DNA of 63,860 nt, the filler included, from Octopus bimaculoides (taxonomy: Eukaryota): the NCBI RefSeq assembly GCF_001194135.2. It is 6 parts of 6 records of this genome, joined end to end, with 100 filler letters (N's around TTAATTAATTAA, not from the genome) between each part and the next. Parts side by side here need not be neighbours in the genome. Positions count along the whole stretch, not along the records: positions 1 to 14,104 come from NC_068986.1; positions 14,205 to 27,052 come from NC_068981.1; 4 more parts are not named here. The stretch is one strand, 5' to 3'. The number at the start of each line of letters is the position of its first letter. Within the stretch, counting starts at the first letter, position 1. Shown here piece after piece: positions 1 to 14,981 of this stretch. Made by a program: the position numbers and the translations under genes. The notes under the pieces were generated by a model. It did not search any database and had not been told where the DNA came from. It saw only the letters and a program-made list of their open reading frames with translations.

Positions 1-413
1 TATATATATATATATGTAAGTACTGTAAGTTTAGAGGGAATACTTGATAAGTGTAAGCACCTGTATATGCCAGATAGTGACAGAAATGAGAGAATATATC
101 AAACATAAATTAAAAAGAGAACGCAAAGGACATCGCGCGCGATATCAGAACAGAAGCGGTTGTAACTAAATGCTGCAAGTATCTTAGCTGATACTCTAAG
201 GATTCTGCCCTTCCGCCAAACGAATGATTCTTTTTGTATGAGACTCGTGTTTCGTTAAGTTTCTTTTTAATCAATTTACTCCTATCACGAAAGGGCATGC
301 ATATTGTGTCGCTTTGTGATAAAATGTGTTGTTATTTAGCTTCTGGCCATTGCTAGGCCAATAAATCTATGCTTAATGCGTCTTGCTCTTGGTATTGACT
401 TTCTTATTTTCAG

Positions 414-492
414 AATGTACTAATTCTGTGGATGAGCTGTGCCAAGGTGGAAGAGTTGGTGTTGTTTGCGTTGCAACCGAAATACTGGAGAA
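414..492 (+). CDS. Candidate orphan exon
   Basis: ctttcttattttcag| acceptor and GAA|gtaagt donor. Two frames are open (NVLILWMSCAKVEELVLFALQPKYWR or CTNSVDELCQGGRVGVVCVATEILE). No recognisable homology. Confidence 0.2.
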
Positions 493-1801
493 GTAAGTGC
501 AATACATTTCTGTGATGTTAGAAGCAGAGGTGCAGAAAATGTTTAGGTGAGCTGGCGTGGTGGGCCGGTGCTGTTTTTCGGACGTCTAAAAATTGTCCCC
601 GAAACCAGATTACTAAACACTGACCAATCTCAACTATATAGACTTGGCAGTAGGGTGAGCATTTTATTAAAAATTAATATTCCCGGTGATGTCGGTGAAA
701 CTGTCGGTGACATGAAAGGAGGAATTTTTAATACTTCATTAGGTAATGATGTTAAACAAGAAGAGGCAGTAGTAGCAGCGGGTATAGGAAGAGGTAAGCG
801 ATCAGAATGTAGAGGGAATGTTCAAAGATATGGCATATAACTTGGTCAGACTGAAGGAGGAGAAAATACTGTAAAAAGTTGCAACGCAAATATAATGCAA
901 CAGGGCAGAAGATACGGGGAAGGGTAATGTGGTTAGCGGCAAGTTGGACACGGTACATGAAGACATAGGTGCGGTCACTATTGCGAGCGTGAAGTAGAGT
1001 GGAGCTGACTACTTGGAGGTGGCTACATCGTGAAATGTGGCGGATCATACGCTAAAACACAGTCTTGGAGTCCTGGTCATGACTATCTAGGATGTGAAGA
1101 CTGTGTAGTTATTTAAAGACGAATAGAATGAGGTGACTTGAAGTAGATAGGTTTGTGAAAAACAAGTTAATATGACGATAGCGGGGTTGTAAATCGAAAT
1201 AGAGATATCTGGGATGTTGATAGATGTGGTAGAGATGGCAGATGAGAATTCCGTGGCAGGGTAGAAAACATGGTTTTCAAAGAAAACATAGTCGACGGTA
1301 GGAAGTTGATAAAGAGCCTATTTTACTATTAATTTTTCATGCAGTAAGCACCACTGAGTATTTCCTCAATCATGAATATGTTTATTTCAAGGTAACAACA
1401 TTCAAAGTAACTGTGACCGCACTCTGTCACCTGCCAACTATATTTATATCGTTTCTGCAAAAGAGTAAGCAATACAACACTTATGATGAATCCTTGTTTT
1501 CTCTTCCCTAGAGTAAAATGGTGAAGAAAATAGGGTAAGCAATAGCCATAATCTTAAATTAACAATTACGAACGGCACAAGTTCTAGAGTGAATGACAAT
1601 CAAATATATCTGAAGGGATTCAAATGACAAAAACTCACTGCCAGCAAGATAATGAATGTTTCCTTAAGTTGGTAAGAGTGAATCATCTACAGATAATAGA
1701 TAACGTACTCTAAATTAAATCGGTAAAGCAATATTTTAAAAAAAGGGAAAAGGCCCACATTGTGATAGAAATTGTATGAGTCAGGAGCGTTTAATATCTA
1801 C

Positions 1802-1871
<70 letters not shown>

Positions 1872-2419
1872 TGTGCGTGAGTATGTGCGTGCACGCCAGT
1901 GCGAGCGCGTGTGTTTGTCATGGAGTGACAGATGAGTTCAGAGTGAACCGATTAAGTAAAAGGAATTCGATTTGTTATTGAAACCAGTTCACTTCATGTT
2001 ACACTCGAGGAAAAAGTATGAATGACCGTATGAGCTTATCGCTGTTCCCTATGAGTTTGTAGCCTTGGCATGTGGTTAGAAATTGACAGATACGAATTTC
2101 AGGGCAAAATGGAAACCTTGGTTTTGAAGAAAACATTTATTGTAATGTTTTAGTGCAATGGGTGTGACTAAGTGTTTATGTCGTTGTCATTCTTATAAGT
2201 AGTGAACATCTCTACGTCAGAAAACAACTCTTGTCTTTCCTGATCAGAATTTTTAAGTTAACGATTCTTTCTCACCTCAGTTGTAATTACATTAATTATT
2301 TAAAATTCTACAAGTTTACAATAAACTTACAATGATGTTTAAAGCATTAATATGATTTCAAAATAGATTTTATCTTCACTAAAAATATATACAGGTTTTA
2401 TTGAAAATTAGTCTTGAAT

Positions 2420-3050
2420 GAAAATATGCTGGTCTTCATTGAAAATACATTTGTATTCAGTCAAATACTTCAGTGTCCATTCAAAATACATTGGTATTAA
2501 ATCAACTTTCATCTTCATTCAAAATACTAAGTTAACAATCAAATTACATTAGACTTCATATATAATTTTTGGTTTTTCAATTATAATGTATTGGTCTTCA
2601 ATCAAAATATACTGATCTCGAATCAAAATACAATGGTATTTAATCAAAAACATTGATATTCAATCAAAATACATTGGTTTTCTCATCGTCAATCAAAACA
2701 TATTAATCTTCAGTCAATACATATTAGTATTCAATCAAAGTACATTGGCGTTCAGTGAAATACATTGGTATTCAGTGGATATACTTCAGTTTTTAGTTAA
2801 AATATATTTTCAACGAAAATATATTTTGATAAATCCATTGCTTTCAGCCAATCTACATTTGTCGTACAGTCAAAATACATCAGTTTTTCAGTCAAAATAT
2901 ATTGGATTCGTTTTACCATATGATAACATAAAGCAGTCCAAATAGATAAACCTCTTGTCAAAATATACATTAACCTTCTATCAAAATACATTAGTCTTCT
3001 GTCAAAACACATTTATTTTCGCTCAAATATACATTGGTCTCAAGTCAAAA
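2420..3050. repeat. Degenerate ~21-22 bp AT-rich minisatellite
   Basis: Many diverged units like tcaaaatacattggtcttca and tcaaaatacattagtcttct. Confidence 0.75.
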
Positions 3051-3560
3051 TCAACTACACTCCCGCTCTCAAAAGTTTTAGCCTTGTGCCTATATTAATA
3101 TCGAATTTATTATCATTGGTTTTTAGCGGATTAACAAGGATAATAAGCACAATAATTTAAAATTAAGAAGCACAGCCTAAACAACAAAAATATCAAAAAA
3201 GCAATAGTAATAATAATTGTTTTAATTTATCACTTTTTTTTTATCATTCTAATTATGAATTTCTATTGTCATCGTTAATTATATAGTCTGAGAAGTTTTT
3301 TTTTTCTTTTACCTTTCTCTACAGTCTGTGATTCTTCACTAAATAACAATGAAGATCTCGAGTCTTAGATATTATAATTTATTCATGGCTTTTGGTGGTA
3401 TTGTTGTAGTTATTTTTTTTTATCACTCTGAATATTAACTAGTCTTGATTTCACAATTCCCAAAGTCTGCTAGCGTTGTTTTAATGACGTGTGTGCTTGT
3501 GCTTTAGTGCGTGCGCTTGCGTGTGCGCTTGTGTGTGTGCATGTGTGTGTGTGTGTGTGT

Positions 3561-3593
<33 letters not shown>

Positions 3594-4429
3594 AGTGTCT
3601 GTGTGTGAGTGTGTGTGTGTGAGTGTGTGTGTGTTTGTGGAGTGAAGAGGAAAGGAAAGATGATGGAGTGTCGGTGAAGCGCTCTAGTGCTGCGTCTAAA
3701 GGAGGAATGTGAAGAAGTGTGTAAGTTTAGCGAACAGATGTGTTGTTGCTAAAAGTACAATTTCTTCGTAAAATGAGTTTTGGATACTAAAGTTTCCTAG
3801 GTTTCTGGAGAGAAACCCCACCAAAATAACTCATTACTAAAACCAGACATTTCTGAAACATCAGCCACATCAGTTGCAGCAGCAACAACATCAATAGTAA
3901 TGGCAAAAATTTGAAACGCTATCACTATTATCGATACTTAATCGATTCTTGTCTTTTTCTTTCTTCCTTTCTTTCTTTCTTTCTTGCAGCTTTTTTTGCT
4001 TGCTTGGTTGTTTGCTTCCAAGCTTACTTGCTTTCTTTCTTTCGTGCTTGCTTGCTTGCTTGCTTGCTTGCGTCCTTCTTTCCTTCCTTCTTTCCTTCCT
4101 ATTTTCTTTCTTTCCTTCTCTCATTCTTTCCTGCTTTCTGCCTTCTTTTTTCCCCCTTCCTCCCTCTAGTACTTGGTTAGTACTCTATTTTATCGACCCT
4201 AGTACTTGATTGTTACTTTATTTCTATCGACCGTGCGAGAATGAAAGGAGGCAAAGGTAATGTTGTCCTCGACAGAAGTTGAACTCAAAACGTAAAGAAT
4301 CGAAAGAAATACAGTGTGTACTCTGAAGAAAAATGCCGATGTTAACCAGAAAACAGCCTATCAGTGACTGAAGAGTTCATGAGTAAAAGGCCTTATCTTC
4401 AAAATTATTCAGACCCAAATGCAGATACT

Positions 4430-4830
4430 GTGACCCATATAACGAAGCGAGAAGCCATCTAAATTCAGAGAGTCCTCTACTGACACCAAGCACTTGCTAA
4501 CCAACCAGTAAGTATAAGAACCATCACGACAAAGTAGGCCAATATTTGCATTGGAAGCTATGCAACCATTGCAAAAAAAAAAAAAAAAAACTAGCCATGA
4601 ACTGATATCAATATCACCCAGTGTCAGAAATGGAAAGAAATAATACTTTGAAATTTCAAAATTAGCAGAGACAGGAGATTTTAAGCAAAACAAACCAGAT
4701 ATCATCATTAAGGATAGAACCTGCAAATTAACTGATACGGTTATTTCATCAGATAAAAACATAGCAGTAAAACAATTTGAAAATCTAAGTAAACACAAAG
4801 ACTTAGAAATAAAGATCGAAAGATGATGGG
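4430..4830 (+). mobile_element. 3' fragment of a REL-endonuclease LINE (R4/Dong/NeSL-like), decayed
   Basis: Frameshifted RHDKVGQYLHWKLC (CCHC region) ... KPDIIIKD ... KQFENLSKHKDLEIKIE, i.e. a PD-(D/E)xK-type end. Confidence 0.6.
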
Positions 4831-5375
4831 ACGCCTTTGAACGAAAATAACCGGCCTCCTCATAGTCTCACTTCCGCCTCCGCTTGTAGAACGCGAGCTA
4901 ATGTTTTCCATTGGTAACCGTACCCACCTCTCGCTATCTATTAAGGCTGATGAAAAGACTAACAGACTTTGAAAATACTTTTGTTCTCTTATCCTTTATA
5001 ATTCCTATCTATCAACAGAAGGCATGCTAAAGTGATTTTGTTGAGATGCTTTTGTTATTGTGTGAGCAGGTCTTTAGAACAAACTTCAACAGAACGTATG
5101 GCTGTTTTCTGTAGATCTTGCTGCATGGATATAACAGGGTCTGCTTCAGATTGAGGAATATACAGTACACCCTAATATGTAGTGATTTAGTCTGGGTTAG
5201 TGTTGTATGGTACATTTGAACCTACTTGGAGATAATACAGGCACTCCCCATACACACACATGTACTTACAAAACAAAGAGGGATATGCATGCGTAGACAC
5301 ATACAATAGGAATACAAAATACAAAATGGCTGATTGTTAGCAAGGAGGGACACACATAACGAAGAAGAAAGCAAA

Positions 5376-5420
5376 GGACCACTGATGAGGTCAAAGAAGT
5401 ATGACGAAAGAACTCTGGCC
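5376..5420 (+). ncRNA. Minimal type I hammerhead ribozyme motif
   Basis: GGaCCA-CTGATGA-g-GTCA(aagaagta)TGAC-GAA-AGAACT-C-TGGCC. Core intact, 4-bp stem II, 2-bp stem III, stem I with one bulge. Confidence 0.6.
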
Positions 5421-6964
5421 AAAATATGATTAATGTAATGTAATGTAATATAAAGCTGAAGCAAATTAACACCAAATATACAGTGCGTGTGTTTTTATTG
5501 GCTAAACTGGCAATATGGCCATCCCCAAATACAACAACATATTATTATTATTACTATTATTGTTCTTGTTGGCGTTGTTCTTATTGTTGTCGTAGTCATC
5601 GTCGTCGCCTTCTTTGTTATTGTTGTTGTTGTTGTTGTTGACAATTTAAATCATTTTCCCCCGGTTTAAAGAAGAAAACTAAAGGAATTTATGACATGAA
5701 ATAGTTTAATAATTAATATTTCAATGGTGAAGATCTAAGACTTTTATTGCATGGATCAGAAACAATCATACGCAACACTAGTCGACCACCACCACCACCA
5801 CCACCACCACCACCACNNNNNNNNNNNNNNNNNNNNNNNNNNNNNNNNNNNNNNNNNNNNNNNNNNNNNNNNNNNNNNNNNNNNNNNNNNNNNNNNNNNN
5901 NNNNNNNNNNNNNNNNNNNNNNNNNNNNNNNNNNNNNNNNNNNNNNNNNNNNNNNNNNNNNNNNNNNNNNNNNNNNNNNNNNNNNNNNNNNNNNNNNNNN
6001 NNNNNNNNNNNNNNNNNNNNNNNNNNNNNNNNNNNNNNNNNNNNNNNNNNNNNNNNNNNNNNNNNNNNNNNNNNNNNNNNNNNNNNNNNNNNNTATTAAG
6101 ATAAAGGAAGGTCTTTATAAATAATGTCATCATCGCCAACATACAATCACCATTTTAAATAAAGCTATCACTACCACTACAAATACTACCACCGGTTATC
6201 CGATACAGCACTAGCCCCACTTATACCCCCCACAACCACCACCATGGCCACCATTACACCACCAAGATTCACACTACATCACCACTACTTCTATAATCAT
6301 TGCAATAACATAATCACCTACCATCACCTTGACAATCATCATCATCATCATCATCATTATCATCATCATAATCATCATTATCATCTTCATCATCCTCATC
6401 ATCACTGTCATTGTCATTACCAAAACCATCGCCTTCACATTACCTCCACCACCACCGCCACCGACTACGCCTCTCACACCACCACCACCACCACCATGCA
6501 ATATGCTGGGTTCTCGGGCTAAATTTGACGATTTTTTTGTTTCCTTGTTTCCATTAAGGGTTTGATGCATTGGTGTACAGTCAACGGTGTTGGAGAGCAA
6601 AAATGTTAAGGTTGTGGATGAGAAAAAGCTAGCTTACATGAGGGATTGGAAGCCAACTGAATATTGGAAATGGGTTGCCTGTAATATGATGTTTCACGCA
6701 GGGTACCAAAATGCCAACATCATGACGGCAGCTTAATGCTTTGTGACCCCTGTAAAGGCTGTAAGACAAAACATGGACATCCTGGAAACCAAGTCCCTGA
6801 AAACTGTGATGGTTTTGGGGCGTCTCCAGTGATGGTGACACTGTGCGCCGCATATCTTTGAACTGGGTCTTAGGATCAATTTAGGAGGCCATGTGAAGCT
6901 GCTGGAGACTGAGGTCAATCCTCTTGGAAGGTCATATGTGTGCAAGCGGGATTCTGCTCCTTGC

Positions 6965-7042
6965 GGAAGCGGGATTCGGAAGCGGGATTCGGAAGCGGGA
7001 TTCGGAAGCGGGATTCGGAAGCGGGATTCGGAAGTGGGATTC
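6965..7042. repeat. 13-bp minisatellite (ggaagcgggattc)x6 inside the transposase
   Basis: Five exact units plus one with a single substitution. Confidence 0.95.
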
Positions 7043-7356
7043 AGCTCCTCCAGAAAGAGTCAGAAGCGGTTGTAGAAGAAATCCTACAGCTTGATCAGCC
7101 TCAATTTCTGGCCTCCTAATCCCCTAGGTGTAATCTCATGGATTACTATTTGCGGGACGCGGTTGAGAAAGACACCAACCACCTTGCCTGTAACACCGAG
7201 GCCGAACTGGAGGCCAAGATCAAGGAGGTGTTCGAAGATCTTTTTAGGATGCAATGAGGAATGCATGTATCAGGTTCAGGAACCATCTTGAGGCCGTGGT
7301 GGAAGCTGAGAGAGGCTACTTTGAGTAAACCGTTATCTCCTAGCCATAATCTAGCT

Positions 7357-7690
7357 CAGAGGTTCTCAAACTTTTTGGGCCAACACCCCCTTCATGGCCA
7401 CATAATACCCTCAGCGCCCCACCCCTATTTTTATGTATAGATAAATATTTTATTTTTTACAAATTTAAATATACTATGAACCATTTGATGTTTAATATAA
7501 TATTATATAATTTGTATGCAACACTATAATAATATTACAAATTCATAGCGTCCCCTAATCCACTGCCTTTCTCCAAATGCCTCTCTTTTCTCTACCACCC
7601 CGCACCGCCCCTTTAGACACCACCACCCACCTGGACCCTCTCAATGCCCACCGTTGCGGGGGATGGTAGCGCCCACTTTTAGAACCTATG
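7357..7690. mobile_element. hAT (Charlie-like) MITE
   Basis: Ends cagaggttctcaaac and ttttagaacctatg. Perfect 8-bp target-site duplication (TSD) atctagct at 7349-7356 and 7691-7698. Confidence 0.85.
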
Positions 7691-8016
7691 ATCTAGCTGA
7701 TTCGTTTATTTTTTTAAATAATTTTCATTTGGGATGGCATGTTGTTTACTTATCCTTTTGTGCAAACTGTCAAATTTAGCCCGAACACTTTGTATTTTTA
7801 TATATGATTGTAGAATTCTTCAGACTCAATCACCAAATACATCATCACAAAAAACAACTTTATCAAGACTAATAATAAAAAAAAACTAATACAAATATAA
7901 CAGTAATAACAACAACAACAGCAATCATGACAAGATTATAGACAAAAACATACTGCTCTCTTAATATTTCCCGTTACATATCAGAATATTCTATCTCAAT
8001 GTATTTACAGCAAACG

Positions 8017-8047
<31 letters not shown>

Positions 8048-8083
8048 CACACACACACACGCACACACACACATATATATATG

Positions 8084-8503
8084 CAGTTCGTCGTCGACTT
8101 ATAACCAAAATTGGTTCTGACTGACTGATTGTAAGTCGACCTATGGGTCTGCATAGCTTTGTTTTATATTTTTACAATCTTAAGATACATTCTCAGGTAA
8201 AAGTCGCACACATCATTCTGTATTATACTATTATACTGGCGCTAGTAAAAAATTTCGGAGTCTCAAGCAGTCGTCTTATAAGCAAATACGAGGTTGTCCC
8301 GATGTCTCCGGGACAGGATATTCATTTAACTCTTGGGATAATCACAGTGGCCATAGATAACCAAACCTAAGGGAAGCGTTTGTTAGCTGACATTATTCGT
8401 AGACGGATCAATTTCTAAGAAACTAAACCCATTAGATTTCAACTGGACTATTTATTATTGCTGCCGGGAGCTGGCGTGCCAGTCGTAAGTCGACGACGAC
8501 CTG
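8084..8503. mobile_element. Tc1/mariner-like MITE
   Basis: Terminal inverted repeats (TIRs) cagttcgtcgtcgactta and taagtcgacgacgacctg, inserted in a TA/CA microsatellite. Confidence 0.7.
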
Positions 8504-10261
8504 TATATACTAACGTACATACATACACACACACAGATGCAGGCACACACACATACACACACACATATGCATATCATAATGTATATGCAATAATGATAAT
8601 AACGATAAATGAATTGTGTTTCACTACATGTTTCAGGTGTGTTTTTTATTGAGGAACGGAAGTGTTACATCATACAAAAAAGAAACAACAGGTAAAAATT
8701 AACAATTAATACTTCTCAAGAAAAAGAAAATAGTCCCAGATGACTCTACCGATCCATTTAGATATGCATAACTGGAGGAACAAATACGTATTTACTTTAG
8801 TGAGTACGTATTCGTCGTTATACAATGTTTGTACACAGTCGTGCTATCACCGATCCGATCTTAGTGCTTTCACTATTTAAATACCTGGTTCTCTCAAATC
8901 CTGAACATTATATGCGTGCGCGCACGCGCGCGTGTGTTTGTATAAGACCATAAAGTCAGGAAGTATGACTGATGAATATATGTTTATTTAACCACGTGAC
9001 GTCCATAGGATTACAGCCAATTTCGAAACTTTCTTTCGATGTAGTATTAATTTCAGTATGGAAGAAATTAGGCGTGTACGTTTACATTAATATGAACGTA
9101 CAACGTTACACAAAATTGTATAATTAGAAATTAATACAAATAAAAAAAGCTAGGTCATCAGATAGCCAAAATATCATGATTACACTAAACCAATACGGTT
9201 TGATTTGAAAACGATCAGGGTATTGTTTATTGCTACAAGCTTGCGTACTAATTGCATGTTGTATGTTTGTTCTATACACAACAAGGTCGAATGGTTTGCT
9301 TCGCAATCACTAGTTCTGTGTTTGATATCAGTACGCGACATATTGAACAAATATCTCCTACCAAAGTCTCTGGTCGTCTCATGCCTAGTCAGTGATATTA
9401 GGTAGATGGAAACTGTATGGAAGTCGTTTAGCTGAATTGTACCTTAATTCAAAAGTCATATCATGTTACACTATGTCACATTTATCTGCACCTTGGAATT
9501 ACGTTAGGAGTATACACGTCTGTAGCAAATTCAACCGCTAACATGCTAATTCAATAGTAATTCAATGCGCGAATATTTCAATTGAGCGAACAACCGAATA
9601 CTCATCGTCGGAACCGACGGAGGTCCATTACGTTGTTAATTTCAGTTCGCCGAGTGACCACGTTGAGATATCTTCGTTTGTAGGGAGACTACATACCACC
9701 ATTTTACAAGGTTGTAATACTAAACATGTAATGGTCAAACATATTAATTTCTTTCCCCACCATTTTTTTTTGGCATGGTTTCATCAAAGGGGTATCCGCG
9801 ACTTTTTGCAGGTTATCTAAAATGGTTAGGGAACTGGAGTAAAAGAAAAATAACTCCCAACGTATTGGTTCCTGCTTAGCAAGAAGCAAGACACCAAATT
9901 AATTTATCCTAATCAAGGGGTCTGAAAGCTTGCAACGAAGTGAACTTCAAGATCAATCGAATAGACAGCAAATTTTTACAAAGTTTTTGTCTATCCAACT
10001 TTACTCCCGTGGCTTAGAGCAACGCAAAGCGAAATATGATTGTAAAGCAAACTTTTTAATGGCACGATCGCAATAGTCCTAGTGTGGCAAAAAACGTGCT
10101 TCAAACCGTGGTTCACACAGAGGTAGTAGTGTTAGCAGTAACAGCGTGGGAGGTATTGATAATGATGGTGGTAATAATAGCATATGTGATAGCAGTAGTA
10201 TGAGATAGTGGTGATGTTCGTGGGAAAAGTAACAGTTGTACTGGTATTGGTAGTGTTGATG

Positions 10262-10305
<44 letters not shown>

Positions 10306-10678
10306 AGTAGTAGTAGTAGTAGTAGTGACATTAGTAAGTGGTTTTTGCTGATAGTTGTGATGGTAACAATTGTAATGTTAATGATACTGTTCTTGTAGTT
10401 GGAGTTACTGTTATCATTGTTGTTTTTAGCGGTTGTGTTTGTTGTAGTGGCGAAATAAGAATTACTGTTCTTGTTACAGTTGTTGTTGTTTAACCCCAGG
10501 ACAATCATGATTAGTATATTCATTGATCGAAGGCTTTCCAGCACCAGCAATGACCATCTCATCTTTTCTCTCATGCATGGAGGACCAAGAACCACGTTAT
10601 TCAACGTTTTCCTTTATTTTTAAGATGATAAAGTGCAATATGAGAGATATTTAGCTCCTCTTTCTAACAGACTTAATA

Positions 10679-10743
<65 letters not shown>

Positions 10744-10881
10744 ATATATATATGCATGTAGGTTTGGTTGACGAGTTAAGAAATAATTAAGATTCAGTTG
10801 AATTAGGTGCTTTAAGTTGAAGCACTAAGTCAGTCCGGTATTATCCACACAGCGCAAAGTAAGGTGAATAAAATAAAAAAG

Positions 10882-11196
10882 AAAAAGCAACAAGATATCA
10901 AGTAGTAATGCAGTACGACCGTTTCAAGCGGCTCCACTTAATTGAACAATACAATCATGACATCAATTTAAATGCAGTGCTATCTTCAGCTGCACAAAAA
11001 AATAAAATAAATGGAATTTCAACGAGTAGGACACATTGATATAATTTTTCTTAAATATTTTAACAGAGTAAGAAGATGGAAGAAATTCATTTTCTTCCAT
11101 CTTCTTTAAATTGATGTCATGTTTGCATTTTTCAATTAAATAAAGTCGCTTGAAACGGTCGTACTGCATTACTACTTGATATCATGTTGCTTATTT
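10882..11196. repeat. Inverted duplication (~90-bp arms) of a hammerhead-bearing repeat
   Basis: 10882-10971 is the reverse complement of 11105-11196. A third, diverged copy lies near 22520-22650. Confidence 0.85.
10908..10995 (-). ncRNA. Type I hammerhead ribozyme with extended stem II
   Basis: Minus strand: GTGCAG-CTGAAGA-tAGC...(inner cac/gtg and aattga/tcaatt pairings)...GCTt-GAA-ACGgtCGT-A-CTGCAT. Core intact, GUA cleavage triplet, 6-bp stem I (one G-U). Confidence 0.75.
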
Positions 11197-11704
11197 CGAT
11201 TGTGTGTGTACACACACACACACACACACACACTCATTCACTGAGTTGCATTATTACTATAGTGACTAGTTAAATTTAAGGTGTTGTTAGCTTCTGTAGT
11301 GGTTACTACAGATGTTGTTATTCTTGTTTAACCTTAAGTTAGCCCTGATCAGACAAACTTGTACTCTAAAGCACTCCATCCGTGACTACCCAATTAATTT
11401 TCCCTGTAATAATGCTTCTAGGATCCCATTATTCAATACATTCTGTTTTTTTTTTATCATCGCATCTTATAGATTGCTAGGGTGTTATTTGAAGTAGAAT
11501 TAGCTGTTATTTTTAACAGTTCAAACAACTACGTCGGAGTTCCTTGTGGACGTTAGCGCTAGTATTGCCGGTGCTGATAGTGTCCGAGTTCCCGTTACTA
11601 TTATTGCTGCTGATATTATGGATGTTTGGTGGAAGTGTAGTTAGAATTACTATTCTTGTTGGTGTTTTTTGTTTGGTGGTGCTGTGGTTATGGTCGCTAT
11701 TATT

Positions 11705-14104
<2,400 letters not shown>

Positions 14105-14212
14105 NNNNNNNNNNNNNNNNNNNNNNNNNNNNNNNNNNNNNNNNNNNNTTAATTAATTAANNNNNNNNNNNNNNNNNNNNNNNNNNNNNNNNNNNNNNNN
14201 NNNNATATACAT

Positions 14213-14256
<44 letters not shown>

Positions 14257-14258
<2 letters not shown>

Positions 14259-14590
14259 GCGCAGGATTGGCTCTGTGGTAGGTACCTTGCTTACCAAACA
14301 CATGGTTCCGGGTTCAGTCCCACTGCGTGGCATCTTGGGCAAGTGTCTTCTTCTATTGCCTCGGGCCGGCCAAAGCCTTGTGAGTAGATGTAGTAGACAG
14401 AAACTGAAAGAAGCCCGTCGTATATATATATCTGGGGTCGATGCGATCAACTTAGCCTCTCCCCCAATCTGGCTGGCCTTGTGCCGAATTTATTATTATT
14501 ACTAATCCAACGTGCCACGCAATGGGAATGAATCTGGAACCATGTGGTTGGTAAGCAAGCTACTTACCACACAACCACTCCTGCGCCTAT
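14257..14590. mobile_element. Two tRNA-derived SINE heads in inverted orientation
   Basis: gcgcaggattggctctgtgg...ggttcagtccc (A/B-box-like) on +, and its reverse complement at 14513-14590. Confidence 0.8.
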
Positions 14591-14654
14591 GTTGTTTATC
14601 TCTCATTGGATAGGGTAGCTCTTTTTGTTGATTCTATCTTAACAGAACAGTAAA

Positions 14655-14723
<69 letters not shown>

Positions 14724-14981
14724 GATTTGATGTTATATTAGTAATACAAAATATTGTTGAACATGTGGCCGCATTGCATATTTTTGTCGTTAACTCCTTA
14801 CTTCAATATAAGTCTAGACAATACGTATCATAAATTTAGTAAAATAAAGAAATTTATTTAATATGCACATATTAAAACACTCATGAATCAAAAGTTTTGA
14901 AATTCGACGTTGAATAAGGAAAACAAAACAATAGAAGAAAAATATACAGTAAAATCAATAAATAAAATTCACATTACTTAC

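Larger units (their letters stand above)
6504..7792 (+). mobile_element. maT/DD37D-type Tc1/mariner transposon, internally deleted
   Basis: Inverted ends sharing tcgggctaaatttgac, with TA flanks. Remnants: VMV-G..SSDG, KRDSAP (QQDSAP-like), NFWPP..DYYL..AVEKDTN. Confidence 0.75.

Noticed and set aside
4947-4985. CTGATGA-AAAG..CTTT-GAAA motif
   Set aside because: Stems I and III cannot be formed convincingly.
6965-7042. CRISPR-like regular repeat
   Set aside because: Contiguous 13-bp units with no spacers; eukaryotic transposon context.
14149-14160. TTAATTAATTAA islands inside N runs (also 27097, 55124, 59876, 62073)
   Set aside because: An identical palindromic six-frame-stop spacer centred in gaps. 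This is an assembly artefact, not biology.
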